A DNA stretch of 64,000 bases from Nitrososphaerales archaeon (GTDB taxonomy: Archaea > Thermoproteota > Nitrososphaeria > Nitrososphaerales > UBA213), in NCBI GenBank assembly GCA_965197925.1, contig CBDAOC010000019.1, positions 480,001 through 544,000 of the forward strand, in the 5' to 3' direction. The position numbers and the translations under genes were made by a program. Shown piece after piece: positions 31,794 through 42,972 of this stretch. The notes beneath the pieces are model-generated. The model saw only the letters and a list, made by a program, of their open reading frames with translations, ran no database searches and had not been told where the DNA came from. Numbering within the stretch: position 1 is the stretch's first letter; each line of letters starts with the position of its first letter.

Positions 31794-32639
31794 ATGACAA
31801 AGATGTTGAAAGAGGCATTGCGCGGACTGCTTTCGGAGCAGGAAATAAACGAAGTTTATTCTGCATTTGACATTATAGGTGATATTATTGTGATCAAAAT
31901 ACCCGAAAGCATTATTGATAAAAAACATCTAATTGGGGAGACATTAGTTGCAAAATTGAAACCCATTAAATCTGTTTTGATGCAATCATCACCAATACGT
32001 GGCGATTTTCGATTGAGAGAAGTTCAACACCTCGCTGGAGAAAATAGAACCACGACAGTCTATAAAGAGCATAATTGCAAATTTAAGGTTGATATCTCCA
32101 AAGTGTATTTTTCCCCCAGGCTATCCACGGAACGTGATAGGATTGCTAATCTTGTTAACGATGACGAAGTTATAATCAACATGTTTGCTGGCATAGGCAC
32201 ATTTTCCGTTGTAATAGCAAAGAAGCACAGGTGTAAGATATACAGCATCGATATCAACCCTGATGCATATGCTCTTTGTATTGAAAACATGCGTCTCAAT
32301 AGAGTTAATGATTATGTTGTCCCACTGCTTGGAGATACCAGAAAGATAATAGAGGAAGGTATGAGGGATAAGGCGGACAGGGTATTGATGCCATTGCCCG
32401 AACAGGCAAAAGATTTCCTCGACTATGCCATTATGGCTGTGAAGAATAAGGGGATAATACATTATTTTACACATTTACATGCTGATTCAAAAAAAGAAGC
32501 AATGCAATTTTGTGCGCACGAACTGGTAAAATGTATGAAGATAAAGTACGAATTGCTCACAAGCAGGGTTGTAAGGCAGGTAGGACCAAGATTTTATCAA
32601 GTGGTAGTGGATTTGCGAGTAATCAAAAATGGAAATTGA
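31794..32639 (+). CDS. Trm5/Tyw2 (Met-10+)-family tRNA-modifying SAM-dependent transferase
   Basis: FDIIGDI, VYFSPRLSTER, MFAGIG.F, DINP.A, DRVLMPLP. Confidence 0.9.
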   Translation: MTKMLKEALRGLLSEQEINEVYSAFDIIGDIIVIKIPESIIDKKHLIGETLVAKLKPIKSVLMQSSPIRGDFRLREVQHLAGENRTTTVYKEHNCKFKVDISKVYFSPRLSTERDRIANLVNDDEVIINMFAGIGTFSVVIAKKHRCKIYSIDINPDAYALCIENMRLNRVNDYVVPLLGDTRKIIEEGMRDKADRVLMPLPEQAKDFLDYAIMAVKNKGIIHYFTHLHADSKKEAMQFCAHELVKCMKIKYELLTSRVVRQVGPRFYQVVVDLRVIKNGN

Positions 32640-32658
32640 GATAAATACCTAGATTAAA

Positions 32659-33174
32659 TCATTTGCTTGTTAACTCCATTATTACCTTGATTTTGTCAGT
32701 TAGAATGAGGGTTCTTATGTCTTCTATTTCTTTAGCGGTGTCTTCTTTAGGGTTTTTCGCGAACACTTTCACATCATATAGACTCATGTCAAGTTCCCAT
32801 AAGGTGATGAAATCATCTAAAGTAAACCTGGTTGGTTTAACATATGCTGAATGAATTCTTGACCATTGTTTGCCCTCCTCTTCAATAATATCATTTTCAT
32901 GAGTATGTACTGGTTTTACACAATCTTCATTCCTGCCAACATCAGGTGGTATGGCAAAGGGTCTCCTATCAAGAGTAACATGAAGAAAGGCTTCTTGATT
33001 AAATGAAAGATTATCATCAGTTATGCATCTCGTAAGGGGAGGCGGACCAGAAAGAACCCAGTTAGCACCAAAAGCAACTCCCGTTCCTGCACCACCAAGA
33101 ATAAGTGGAATTAGGATATTCCATTTAGTAAGTTTTTTCTTAGTTTCCTTTTTTGTGGGTCTGTGCTTAACCAT
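32659..33174 (-). CDS. membrane-anchored hypothetical protein
   Basis: Basic N-terminus, one TM segment, IP..VG...C..PVHTH motif. Confidence 0.7.
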   Translation of the reverse strand: MVKHRPTKKETKKKLTKWNILIPLILGGAGTGVAFGANWVLSGPPPLTRCITDDNLSFNQEAFLHVTLDRRPFAIPPDVGRNEDCVKPVHTHENDIIEEEGKQWSRIHSAYVKPTRFTLDDFITLWELDMSLYDVKVFAKNPKEDTAKEIEDIRTLILTDKIKVIMELTSK

Positions 33175-33269
33175 GTATGGCTATAACCAGATCTATAGTT
33201 TTAAGCTTTTTTACACACTAATTTTTTATATATATGAATTTTATATATATGAATTATACAGCAAAACAT

Positions 33270-34016
33270 ATGATGCTCATTCAGATATCGGATATTCATG
33301 TTGGATCACAATTTAAAAAGCAATCTTTCGACAAGGCCGTAGAAGAAGTGAACAACTTGAATCCTGACGCAATTGTAATTACAGGTGATCTAACTGAAAA
33401 TGGAATGCTAAACGAATTTGAGATAGTTAAGGAACAGATCAGAAAAATTAACAACAAGAATATCATTATTCTTAGGGGAAATCATGACTATAGAAATACA
33501 GGGTATTTACTGTTCAAAAAATTCTTTCCATCAAAAACTATACATGAATTTGATGACGTCATGATCATAACACTTGGAACCGCCAGACCTGATAGGGATG
33601 AGGGTGAGCTAGGTTATAGGCAAAATTTATGGCTTTCACGTATACTATCTAAATATTCGGAAAAGACCAAAATTATCGCAATGCATCACCACCTAATCTC
33701 TGTACCCGATACAGGTAGTGATCGAATAATAGTTCTTGATGCAGGTGATGTGTTGCAGAGCGCACTTGCCGCCAAGGTTAACCTCGTGTTATGTGGTCAC
33801 AAGCACAGACCTTGGATGTGGAATCTTGGTCCCCTGAACATTGCATATGCTGGAACAACATCCTCAGAAAGAATGAGGGGGCTTTTTGAAAATACGTATA
33901 ACATAATAACCATTGATAATGGTAAAATCAATGTAGATCTTAAGGTTGTTAATGGAGAGAGGTTACCTCTATATGATTTGGTAAAGAAACATGAAATAAC
34001 GCAAGGTATCGAGTGA
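33270..34016 (+). CDS. metallophosphoesterase (Icc/CpdA-like)
   Basis: SDIH, TGDLT, GNHD, MHHH, GHKH; start chosen at MMLIQISD. Confidence 0.9.
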   Translation: MMLIQISDIHVGSQFKKQSFDKAVEEVNNLNPDAIVITGDLTENGMLNEFEIVKEQIRKINNKNIIILRGNHDYRNTGYLLFKKFFPSKTIHEFDDVMIITLGTARPDRDEGELGYRQNLWLSRILSKYSEKTKIIAMHHHLISVPDTGSDRIIVLDAGDVLQSALAAKVNLVLCGHKHRPWMWNLGPLNIAYAGTTSSERMRGLFENTYNIITIDNGKINVDLKVVNGERLPLYDLVKKHEITQGIE

Positions 34017-34038
34017 TTGTTGAACCTTGTTTGAGAGT

Positions 34039-34051
34039 GAAAGTTAAAATT
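34039..34051 (+). promoter_or_regulatory. BRE/TATA-like promoter for the tRNA
   Basis: GAAAGTTAAAAT upstream of the GC-rich tRNA precursor. Confidence 0.5.
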
Positions 34052-34096
34052 CTTGTTTCTTGTTGTTTATGATGCGCCGAGGTGCCCAGACATGGA

Positions 34097-34227
34097 GCCG
34101 GGGTTTTGGTATTAGAAGATATGCCAGAATGGAATCTCCTAGCATGGGAGGGAGCAGGCCTGCTAAATTTTGTGCAGAAAGTCTGTGGCCCGTATGGGCC
34201 TCGTGGGTTCGAATCCCACTCCCGGCG
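34097..34227 (+). tRNA. tRNA-Ser(GCT) with canonical 37/38 intron (34166-34179) and probable second intron (about 34104-34134)
   Basis: Acceptor GCCGGGG/TCCCGGC with G73; anticodon stem CAGGC/GTCTG; long variable arm GGCCC-GTAT-GGGCC; T arm GTGGG-TTCGAAT-CCCAC; BHB central helix CTGC/GCAG. Confidence 0.88.
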
Positions 34228-34456
34228 CCTATTATGATCGAGGTTGTCAATACTGTAGAACTAGTTAGTAAATCAAACTTATTAAAAAATTCACATGATT
34301 TTAAGGCATATCTTATAAGATCGAAGCTTAGATTATACTCTAATTTGTGAATTGTGTACCGCTAACAAGACAAACATTGTTAATGAGATCATCAGTTCCG
34401 TAGTTTCAAATAAAATATATTCTGAACTTATAATTTCTTACTATAAATTGTATTAT

Positions 34457-35333
34457 CAACTCATCTCAAAACCCTACAATACATCAAAAATGATGCAAGA
34501 TTAACAAATGCCAGGTAGTTTTCTGCCGTTCTTTCATACCTGATTCTTGTTCTGTGAAATCCATTCTTGAGCCATGCAAGGAATCTCTCAACTACAAATC
34601 TTGTCTTGTTGTAATGTTTGCAATCATTATTTTGCAAGATGAACTTGGAATTTATTTTGTATGGGATGCAACATGCAATATTTCTATTCCACAACCACAA
34701 ATACATTCTGATGTATTTTGCATCATTTTGTCTGCATAAACTGGTTCTATCTGTTGTATTGAATCATCATCAAGATAGTCTGAAATTGATCCTGTAACAT
34801 CCATGCATTTTGTACTGTCATGTTCATTTGCTGGACTCAACAGTATGGATATTGGAAATCCGTTACCCTCTACTGCGGCATGTATTTTTGTACCTGTTAT
34901 TCTCTTGAATCCATTATATCCAGTTACATTGCCCCTTTTTTATCAGGAATGGATGAAGAGTCAACTGATATTTGTAGATTAATTTTGCCAGATTTATGTG
35001 CTGAGTGAATAGTACGTGATAGAATCTTTTTCCAGATTCCTTTTTGTTGCCATTTGTTTAACCTTCTGTTTGCAGTAGAATCATCACCATATCTTTTTGG
35101 CATATCGTCCCATCGGCATCCAGTAGTTAGAACATGGATTATTCCGTTAATGATTTTTCTATCATAATCCCTAGGCCTGCCAGTTTTTGCATGTGGTGGT
35201 ATGTGTGATTCCATCATACTCCACTGTTTGTCTGATAATTCTTGGAATTTCATAAAATAATTTTAGATGTCGCTATTCATGGATCTAAATGGTCGCTAAA
35301 AATTGTCTAAATGGTTAGTTTTGAGATGAGTTG
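34457..35333 (-). mobile_element. IS5-family element, copy 2 (defective)
   Basis: Same TIRs and near-identical sequence to 12720-13590. Confidence 0.93.
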
Positions 35334-35723
35334 ATTACCTTGAATCTTCTGTCGAAAGTTGTTCTGTTTGACAATCTATCCAAACCATGTGATTTCATAA
35401 CTCTCCTGTTGTATTGCATGTCTATCGAAAAGTATTCATGTAAAGCATTATTGCTAGGTATTCTTTGCCATACTCTAACGATGAAGCATCTCGCCATTAC
35501 TGTAGAAGAATAGTAGGGATTACCTTTCTTCATAAGAGGTTTTGCCCAAGGAATCAATCCGATTAAACGTTATATGCCAGTCAGTATGAATTTAGATCTT
35601 AATCCTGCTAGAAATTCCTCTGGATATTCATATCAGAGAATCTCCGGGAGGGAGATCCTTAGCATAGTATCTCAACTAGATTTTGCAATGTGGTAAAATG
35701 GATTGGAATTATGCCCAAGGCTC
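35334..35723 (-). mobile_element. remnant of the 22868-type IS, abutting IS5 copy 2
   Basis: RCFIVRVW.RIPSNNALHEYF peptide; TIR AATTATGCCCAAGGCTC ending at 35723. Confidence 0.8.
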
Positions 35724-35860
35724 AAATAATTAGGTCGTAAATTTGGATCTCTTGATCAATCAAATTGGTAGTGCCTAAGATAGAATATTATAAGTTATGT
35801 AAGTAGAAATTAATTCAATCTCAATAATTATTTATCGTTCGGCATTGCAAGAGTGGTATA

Positions 35861-36322
35861 ATGAAATGGAGTCTAGATCAAGAGGAGTATTACTACAAGG
35901 TGTATGATGAGGAAAATCAACTCGCCGGCTTCTTTCAACCAGACTTTGGTGAGATTCGTCCTTCAGGGAAGGAGGAAGAAATCATACAACAGATGATCAA
36001 GGAACAAGTCCATGTTTATGGCGGAATGTTATATGTTCCTTTATTGAAATTGAATTTGCTTGCTGCAGATTATGATTATGATTTGGACCACGTGATTTCA
36101 AATCTAGACGCATCTATAGGAAGGACGGAAAAATGGAAAGAGTGTATAGCTAGAATTCCATCGATAGTGTTTGCTAGGGCAAGAAAATCCCATACCGATC
36201 ATGACATGTTGAGCGTTCTATTGGGAATAAAATTTGCAGGACCTGTTAAACTTAACAAAGGAGCCCTACTTGACGCAATAAAACTTATCTTGGATAAATT
36301 ACATCACGAGAAACTTCTTTAG
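35861..36322 (+). CDS. conserved hypothetical protein
   Basis: Intact 153-aa ORF with a TATA-like tract upstream. Confidence 0.7.
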   Translation: MKWSLDQEEYYYKVYDEENQLAGFFQPDFGEIRPSGKEEEIIQQMIKEQVHVYGGMLYVPLLKLNLLAADYDYDLDHVISNLDASIGRTEKWKECIARIPSIVFARARKSHTDHDMLSVLLGIKFAGPVKLNKGALLDAIKLILDKLHHEKLL

Positions 36323-36362
36323 AAATTTCATTTATCCTAGATTTATTAGAATAATAATGATA

Positions 36363-37363
36363 TGCTGTCTCAAATAATAAACCAGAAGTTCGTGAATATT
36401 TGATAGATTGAGATTTTGATCAATTATTATCATTAAGATACATGCCTGATAGTAACTGGAATGTGGTACAATGAAGCATAGGTTAGAAAGGGAGAGATAC
36501 TTCTTGATATGGATTTTATAGATTCATGGCCTGGCGAATTAGCAAGAATGAATGAAGGTAAGGCAGGTAAGTCATTTGTGTATCTAGAATCATTCCTAAT
36601 GATGTCTTTCTGTTGTGCACGCTTACCTGCTGCTATAAAACCATTAGAAGTATTCACAAGGATATTAATCAAACATGTTGACGGTTTGGATGCACCCTAC
36701 CATGCAAACATAGTATAGATGGTAGCGAAAATGGATGTTAAGATTGACACGCAGATCAAGAATGATGATGTTGTTATTGTAATAGCTGCAGATTCCTCTG
36801 GCATAAAGGTAGCAAACGGGGGAGAATGGATAAGGAAGAAGGGTATGTAAGGGGATTCATCAATATGCCTCTAGCTGTGGGTAAGGAAAGAAAAGAGATA
36901 GTTGCAACGGGGGTAACTAAGGAGCATGTACATGGCGGCAAGAAGATCATACCTATGATAAAAGGAGTGTTGGAGAAAGATAATGTGAACAAGGTGATAG
37001 CAGATGGACCTTATGATTCTAGAAGGAACTTCAGGTTTCTATCAAATAGCAACATTGAATCAGTGAAAGGTGAAAAAGAACACATGTATAAAAGCAAGGA
37101 GGTCTACACCAAGGAAGCTATCAGGAATAGACCAGAAGGAGGATCTTGATGCATGGAAGAAGAATCATGAATATGAACACAGAGGGGTTGCAGAATCTGT
37201 ATTCTCTGCATTCAAGCGTATCTTTCGGGAACATGCAAAGGCAGTCAAATGGAAAAATATGGTAAAGGAACTAATTCTAAAAGCATCCATATACAAGGTG
37301 TCCGGTGTAATGAATCCAAAAAGGTTTGGATAACTGCTATAATATAGTAATTTTGATACAGCA
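36363..37363 (+). mobile_element. degraded IS5-family element (IS903/ISH1-like)
   Basis: TIR TGCTGTCTCAAA / TTTGATACAGCA; 8-bp TSD TAATGATA; motifs YNEA*VRKGE, ADSSGIK, ADGPYD, AESVFSAFKR; many stops and frameshifts. Confidence 0.88.
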
Positions 37364-37425
37364 TAATGATACAAAAATTTATATCTAGATCATTTACTTA
37401 AGTGTCAGGGTAGAAAATTCCATTA

Positions 37426-38574
37426 ATGCGATCAAAGTACGATGGATATAAAGCGAAACTCGTACTTGAAGATGGAACAGTGTTCAAAGGAATAGGCTTT
37501 GGCTTTCCAAGCAAGATAGTAGGTGAGATTGTCTTCAATACCGGTATGGTAGGTTATACAGAAACTCTTACGGACCCCTCATATAGGGGTCAAACATTGT
37601 GCTTAACATATCCTTTAATTGGGAATTATGGGGTTCCTAGCTACAGTATAAAGGACGATCTAGGCATGCCGAAATACTTTGAGGCAGAACAAATACAACC
37701 GAAAGGACTTGTAATACATGAATTATCAGCCTTAGCTAGTCATTGGGCCTTAGAACGGACTTTGGATCAGTGGTTATATGACGAGAGGGTACCTGGTATA
37801 TATGGATTAGATACGAGGGAATTGACGAAACGGATCAGGGTAAAGGGGGTGATGATGAGTGCTATGGAGGTGTCCAGTAGTAATATTAGTGATGAATCGT
37901 TGCTCAACTCACTTAAAGAAAGTGAAAGATATGACGATATAAACTTCGTACAAGAAGTATCAACAAAATCTTCCCAAACTTATGGAGAAGGTGACCAATG
38001 TGTGGTGTTGATTGATAATGGAACGAAGTACAGTATAATTCGCCAATTACTTCGAATAGGATACAAAGTTGTCCGATTGCCCTATACAGCGAATATAGAA
38101 CAAGTACTGACATACAACCCTAAAGGACTAGTGTTAAGTAACGGCCCAGGAGACCCAAAATATTGCTATGAAACAATAAAACTTTCAAGGGATTTACTTA
38201 AGCGCGAAATTCCGACTCTTGGTATTTGCTTAGGGAATCAGATACTTGCGCTAGCATCAGGAGCAGATACCTACAAATTGAAATATGGACATCGTGGACA
38301 AAATAAACCCTGTGTAGATATGCGCAATGGAGGTTCATACGTAACAAGTCAGAATCACGGGTACTGTATAGATCCTGATACATTAAAAGGAACAGGGTTC
38401 GAGCTATGGTTCAAGAACGCTGATGATAATACCGTTGAAGGAATAATTCATCAAGAGAAAAGCTTCATTGCCGTTCAATTTCATCCTGAAGCTTCCCCAG
38501 GTCCCTATGATTGCATGTTCATCTTTAATATGTTAGATAAAATGATAAGAGGTGAGAAAATTGACAAAGCATGA
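37426..38574 (+). CDS. carA: carbamoyl-phosphate synthase small subunit
   Basis: FNTGMVGY.E.LTDPSY, SNGPGDP, GICLGNQ, SQNHGY, QFHPE. Confidence 0.97.
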   Translation: MRSKYDGYKAKLVLEDGTVFKGIGFGFPSKIVGEIVFNTGMVGYTETLTDPSYRGQTLCLTYPLIGNYGVPSYSIKDDLGMPKYFEAEQIQPKGLVIHELSALASHWALERTLDQWLYDERVPGIYGLDTRELTKRIRVKGVMMSAMEVSSSNISDESLLNSLKESERYDDINFVQEVSTKSSQTYGEGDQCVVLIDNGTKYSIIRQLLRIGYKVVRLPYTANIEQVLTYNPKGLVLSNGPGDPKYCYETIKLSRDLLKREIPTLGICLGNQILALASGADTYKLKYGHRGQNKPCVDMRNGGSYVTSQNHGYCIDPDTLKGTGFELWFKNADDNTVEGIIHQEKSFIAVQFHPEASPGPYDCMFIFNMLDKMIRGEKIDKA

Positions 38575-41500
38575 ATGGATAAAGAAAGTACTTGTTTTGG
38601 GTAGTGGCGCAATAAAGATCGGAGAGGCAGGCGAAAGTCTGTAATCAGACCGTCAATTCGACTACTCCGGTAGCCAATGCCTAAAGGCGCTTAAGGAAGA
38701 AGGTGTGGAGAGCATTCTGATCAATCCTAATATAGCCACTATACAGACTGATACAAGATTAGCCGACAAGGTTTACCTTCTTCCTATAAATCCCGTATTC
38801 GTTGAAAAGGTAATACAGCAAGAAAAACCAGATGCTATAATGCTAAGCTTTGGGGGGCAAACTGCACTTAACTGTGGGATTGAATTGACCAAAGAGGGAA
38901 TCCTTGAGAAGTATGATGTTAAGGTTTTGGGAACACCTATAGAAGGAATAGAACTTACAGAAAATAGAAAATTCTTCAAGGAAACTATGCTTAATAATGA
39001 TATTCCCGTTCTCCGTAGTGAAGCGGTCAACAGCATACAAGAAGCCATCAAGGTGGTAAATGGTCTAGGTTACCCTGTAATGATAAGAGTTGCATACACT
39101 CTAGGTGGAAAGGGGGGTGGTGTTGCCTATAACGAGTATGAACTTCATGAAATAGTTCAGCGAGGGTTGGCATCAAGTATTGTTCATCAAGTGTTGATAG
39201 AAGAATATGTCGGGGATTGGAAGCAGATAGAATATGAAGTGAAACGTGATCATCAGGGAAATAGCGTTATAGTCTGTAATATGGAAAACATACTATGTAT
39301 GAAGGTTCATACAGGAGATAATATTGTCGTAGCGCCTTCACAAACCTTGAACAATGATGAATACCATATCCTTAGATCTGCAGCACTTAGAGCAGCGAAG
39401 TCATGTAAGATAATTGGTGAATGCAATGTACAATTCGCATTATCACCAACTTCAGAGCAGTACTATGTAATAGAGATTAATGCTCGTCTGTCTAGATCAT
39501 CTGCTTTAGCGTCTAAAGCAACAGGATATCCACTTGCGTATATGTCGGCCAAGATACAACTTGGCTATACATTACCAGAACTGCTGAATCAGATCACGAA
39601 GGTCACTACCGCCTGCTTTGAACCCTCATTAGATTATTTGGTAGTAAAATTCCCGCGATGGGATTTTAAGAAGTTCGAGTTGGTTAATAAAAAAATCAAC
39701 ACACAAATGAAATCAGTAGGAGAGGTGATGGCGATCGGAAGAAGCTTTGAAGAGGCTATTCATAAGGCAGTTAGAATGTTAGATATAGGACATGATAGTT
39801 TATCGCTAAACAGCATTGCAGATTTGCAGGTCGAGGAACTTGAAGAGAAATTATTTAATCCAGACGATGAAATAATATTCACAGTAGTAGAAGCTTTAAG
39901 GAAGGGCCTTACGATAGAAAGGATAAGTAAAGTTTCGTCAATTGATCCTTGGTTTATTGCAAAACTTTCTAAAATAACAGAAATGGAAAAAAAGATGATT
40001 GAATCAGAAATTAACCCTGAACTGATCTATGAGGCTAAACGGTTGGGTTTTTCTGACAAGCGGATCGGAGAATGTATTGGCATGGATGAACCCAAAGTAA
40101 GGCAGTTTAGGAAAGAGGCTAACATTATACCCGTCGTGAAGCAGATCGATACATTGGCTGCAGAGTGGCCGGCAAAGACAAATTATCTATACCTAACTTA
40201 TGGCGGAGATACTGATGATCTTGTTCTAGAGAGAAATCACGATAGCAGAATGATCGTTCTTGGAGCTGGCCCTTATAGGATTGGTAGCAGTGTGGAGTTC
40301 GACTGGGGTACAGTTAACATGGTATGGGGTTTGAAGGACAATGGGGTGAATGAAGTATCTGTGATTAATTGCAACCCTGAAACTGTATCTACAGATTATG
40401 ATATATGTGACAGACTATACTTTGAGGAACTTACACTGGAACGTGTATTGGATATTTACGAAAAAGAAAAAGCTGATGGAGTAATCACATGTGTAGGAGG
40501 TCAGGCGGCTAACAATTTAATTCCAAAACTGGCCACCAATAAAGTAAAAATTATTGGTACTAGTAGTGAAGATGTAGATACGGCCGAAGATAGATCTAAA
40601 TTCAGTAAGTTACTTGATCAGTTGAATATCAACCAGCCATCTTGGCAAAAATTTGCAAACTTTGATGAAGCGAAGGAATTTGCGCAAGATGTTCAATATC
40701 CAATTTTAGTAAGACCATCTTATGTACTAAGTGGGGCAGCAATGAAGGTAGTATGGGATGAGAAGCAACTTAATCATTATCTTACTGAAGCATCTAATAT
40801 CAGTCCTGAATATCCTGTGGTAATAAGCAAGTTCATATCGGACGCTTTGGAAGTTGAAGTTGATGCTGTTTCAGATGGCAATCAAGTAGTAATTGGTTCA
40901 ATGATTGAACATATTGAACCCGCCGGTATTCATTCTGGCGACGCCATGATGGTTATTCCCCCTTGGCGTTTAACAAGGAAGATAATGGAAACAATATTAG
41001 ATTATTCAGAAAGAATAGCACAAGCATTAAAGATAAAAGGTCCTTTTAATTTACAATACTTAGTAAAAAATGATGAAGTATATGTTATTGAATGTAATGT
41101 TAGGGCATCTCGCTCAATGCCCTTTGTATCAAAGTTCGTAGGTTTGAACTTGATTTTGCTTTCAGCAAAGGTGATGGTTGGTAAAACTCTTCCCAAGGAA
41201 GCAGATTTGGCATGGTTGCATACTAAAGGGTTTGGGATCAAGGTTCCGCAATTCTCATTCATGCAGCTAGAAGGTGCCGACATCGTGCTCGGTGTAGAGA
41301 TGCAGTCTACCGGAGAGGTTGCATGTTTTGGCAACACTTTCTACGATGCACTTTCAAAAGCATTGATCGCATCTGGCTATTCTTTGCCAACAACAGGTGC
41401 GGCATTAATCACAGTTGGGGGCTCAGTAATGAAGGACAGGATACTCCCAATGGTTTCCATCCTTAAATCTATGGGATTCAACATATTTGCAACTGAACAC

Positions 41501-41827
41501 ACGGCCAAATTTCTAATAGAAAAGGGATTCAGAGACACAAAAATTGTATACAAGATCAGGGAACCAGATAGGAGCCCAAATATAGTTAAGCTACTTTACA
41601 ACAGAGAAATAGATTTCATAATAAACATCCCAAACACATCTACTGTTGAAAAATATGTAGGAATGATCTATGATGAATATCAAATAAGAAGAAAGGCTGT
41701 TGAGATGGGATTACCTGTTCTTACAACGTTCGAATCCGCAAATTCTTTTATAAAAACGCTTGAATGGCTTCGCAGCAACGAATCTAGTATAAACGTTCTG
41801 AAAAATTATATGCATTCTCAGACTTAG
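38561..41827 (+). CDS. carB: carbamoyl-phosphate synthase large subunit; join(38561..38635,38657..41827), 1081 aa after splicing
   Basis: TTG start after GAGGTGA SD; KKVLVLGSGAIKIGEAGE|FDYSGSQ; NPNIATIQTD, HTGD, EINARLSRSSALASKATGYP; second ATP-grasp and MGS domain intact. Confidence 0.95.
38636..38656 (+). other. putative bulge-helix-bulge mRNA intron in carB
   Basis: AGTCTGTAATCAGACCGTCAA, containing an in-frame TAA; GGCG/CGTC central helix, AAA and AAT bulges, GTCTG/CAGAC intron stem. Confidence 0.85.
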
Positions 41828-42586
41828 TTATATGACTTGTTCCAGCAAAGATTCGTTACCAACAATAGAACCATCAAGCATCATAACAATCGCGTTCTCG
41901 ACATTTTCTTTAATTTTCTTTATTATAGGGGATACTGATTTTTTATAGTGGGTTCCTTGCATAGAGGAAAAGAAATATTTGTTGAAGCTAGGCATAACTA
42001 CAATATCCATAATTCCTCTGGTATTGCTGAACAGAATTTGTCTATCTACTTTCATATATACCCATACCCTCTGTCCACTTACCGTGCTCCCATCCCTAAG
42101 AAATATGGGATGAACATGCCCCATGATAAGGTGATTTACGCTTGAAACTGTCCTACTTGGCATCGCATGCCCATGGACTAATACGGTGTCCTCTAACATC
42201 ATTCCCTTGCTACTCATCATTCTGATGTTAAATGGGGCAAGATGCCTAATATTACCATCATGGTTACCGGGCACGAGGAACACATTGGTTATCTTTGACA
42301 ATTGTTGCAAAAAATCAGGTATGTTTTTCCACTCCGATTTGGTTATCGTATGCACGCTGCTTTTGATATCTCCAAGCAGAATTATTACATCGGGTCCCTC
42401 TTTTTTTATTATGGAGAATAACTCATATATCATTTCTTCAACATACTCTCCAGAATTGATCTGGATACCTCGAGCATTTAACTTGCTTTCAAATCCTATA
42501 TGCAGATCAGATATAACCAAATATTTCTGGTCTGTCTCAATTAGGAGAGCAGGATGTGGGTGCATCATTTTGATTTTTGTCATCAA
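41828..42586 (-). CDS. calcineurin-like metallophosphoesterase
   Basis: SDLHIG, LGD.K, PGNHDG, HGH, GHVHP, MPSFN. Confidence 0.9.
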   Translation of the reverse strand: MMTKIKMMHPHPALLIETDQKYLVISDLHIGFESKLNARGIQINSGEYVEEMIYELFSIIKKEGPDVIILLGDIKSSVHTITKSEWKNIPDFLQQLSKITNVFLVPGNHDGNIRHLAPFNIRMMSSKGMMLEDTVLVHGHAMPSRTVSSVNHLIMGHVHPIFLRDGSTVSGQRVWVYMKVDRQILFSNTRGIMDIVVMPSFNKYFFSSMQGTHYKKSVSPIIKKIKENVENAIVMMLDGSIVGNESLLEQVI

Positions 42587-42972
42587 GGTAATTGGATAAC
42601 AGGGAGATAAAGCCGTTATGCAAGACAGAAAGTTGTAAAGAGCGAAACAAGGCCTCCATCGGAATGAGTCACATATTACACTTATTCACGCCCGGTGAGG
42701 AGATATGGCATTCTGTAGGGTGGGATGATGAATTTGGGATAGATCCTAAAGGTAATTCATTTATCTATTTTGAGAATAGTATTTTCACATTTCAAGAGCG
42801 AATCAGAGATCTTTTCATCCACGAATAATTCCATTGTAGTATAAAAGAAGTAAAAAGATTGAGAACATTTTACCCTTAATAATCTACTTTCCTTAGTGGA
42901 CTAATGAACTATATTTTCTTGCAAGCTACAACAGAAGTAATATTTTTATCTCCATCAAACTTTTCATTATTC

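Noticed and set aside
34044..34350. ORFs 34044-34250 and 34060-34350
   Set aside because: They overlap the tRNA-Ser gene
34200..34460. Integrative element att site at the tRNA 3' end
   Set aside because: No duplicate of the tRNA 3' end and no integrase found in the window
38642..38644. Selenocysteine or pyrrolysine recoding
   Set aside because: The stop is TAA, not TGA or TAG, and readthrough would leave 7 extra residues in a conserved motif
38705..41827. carB starting at GTG 38705, or carB as a simple pseudogene
   Set aside because: This start omits the conserved N-terminal GSG...GEFDYSG region that is present upstream with an SD, and the interruption is a precise BHB-shaped insertion
42592..42828. 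78-aa ORF between the phosphoesterase and bcp
   Set aside because: No recognisable motif; starts 5 bp from a divergent gene, leaving no room for promoters
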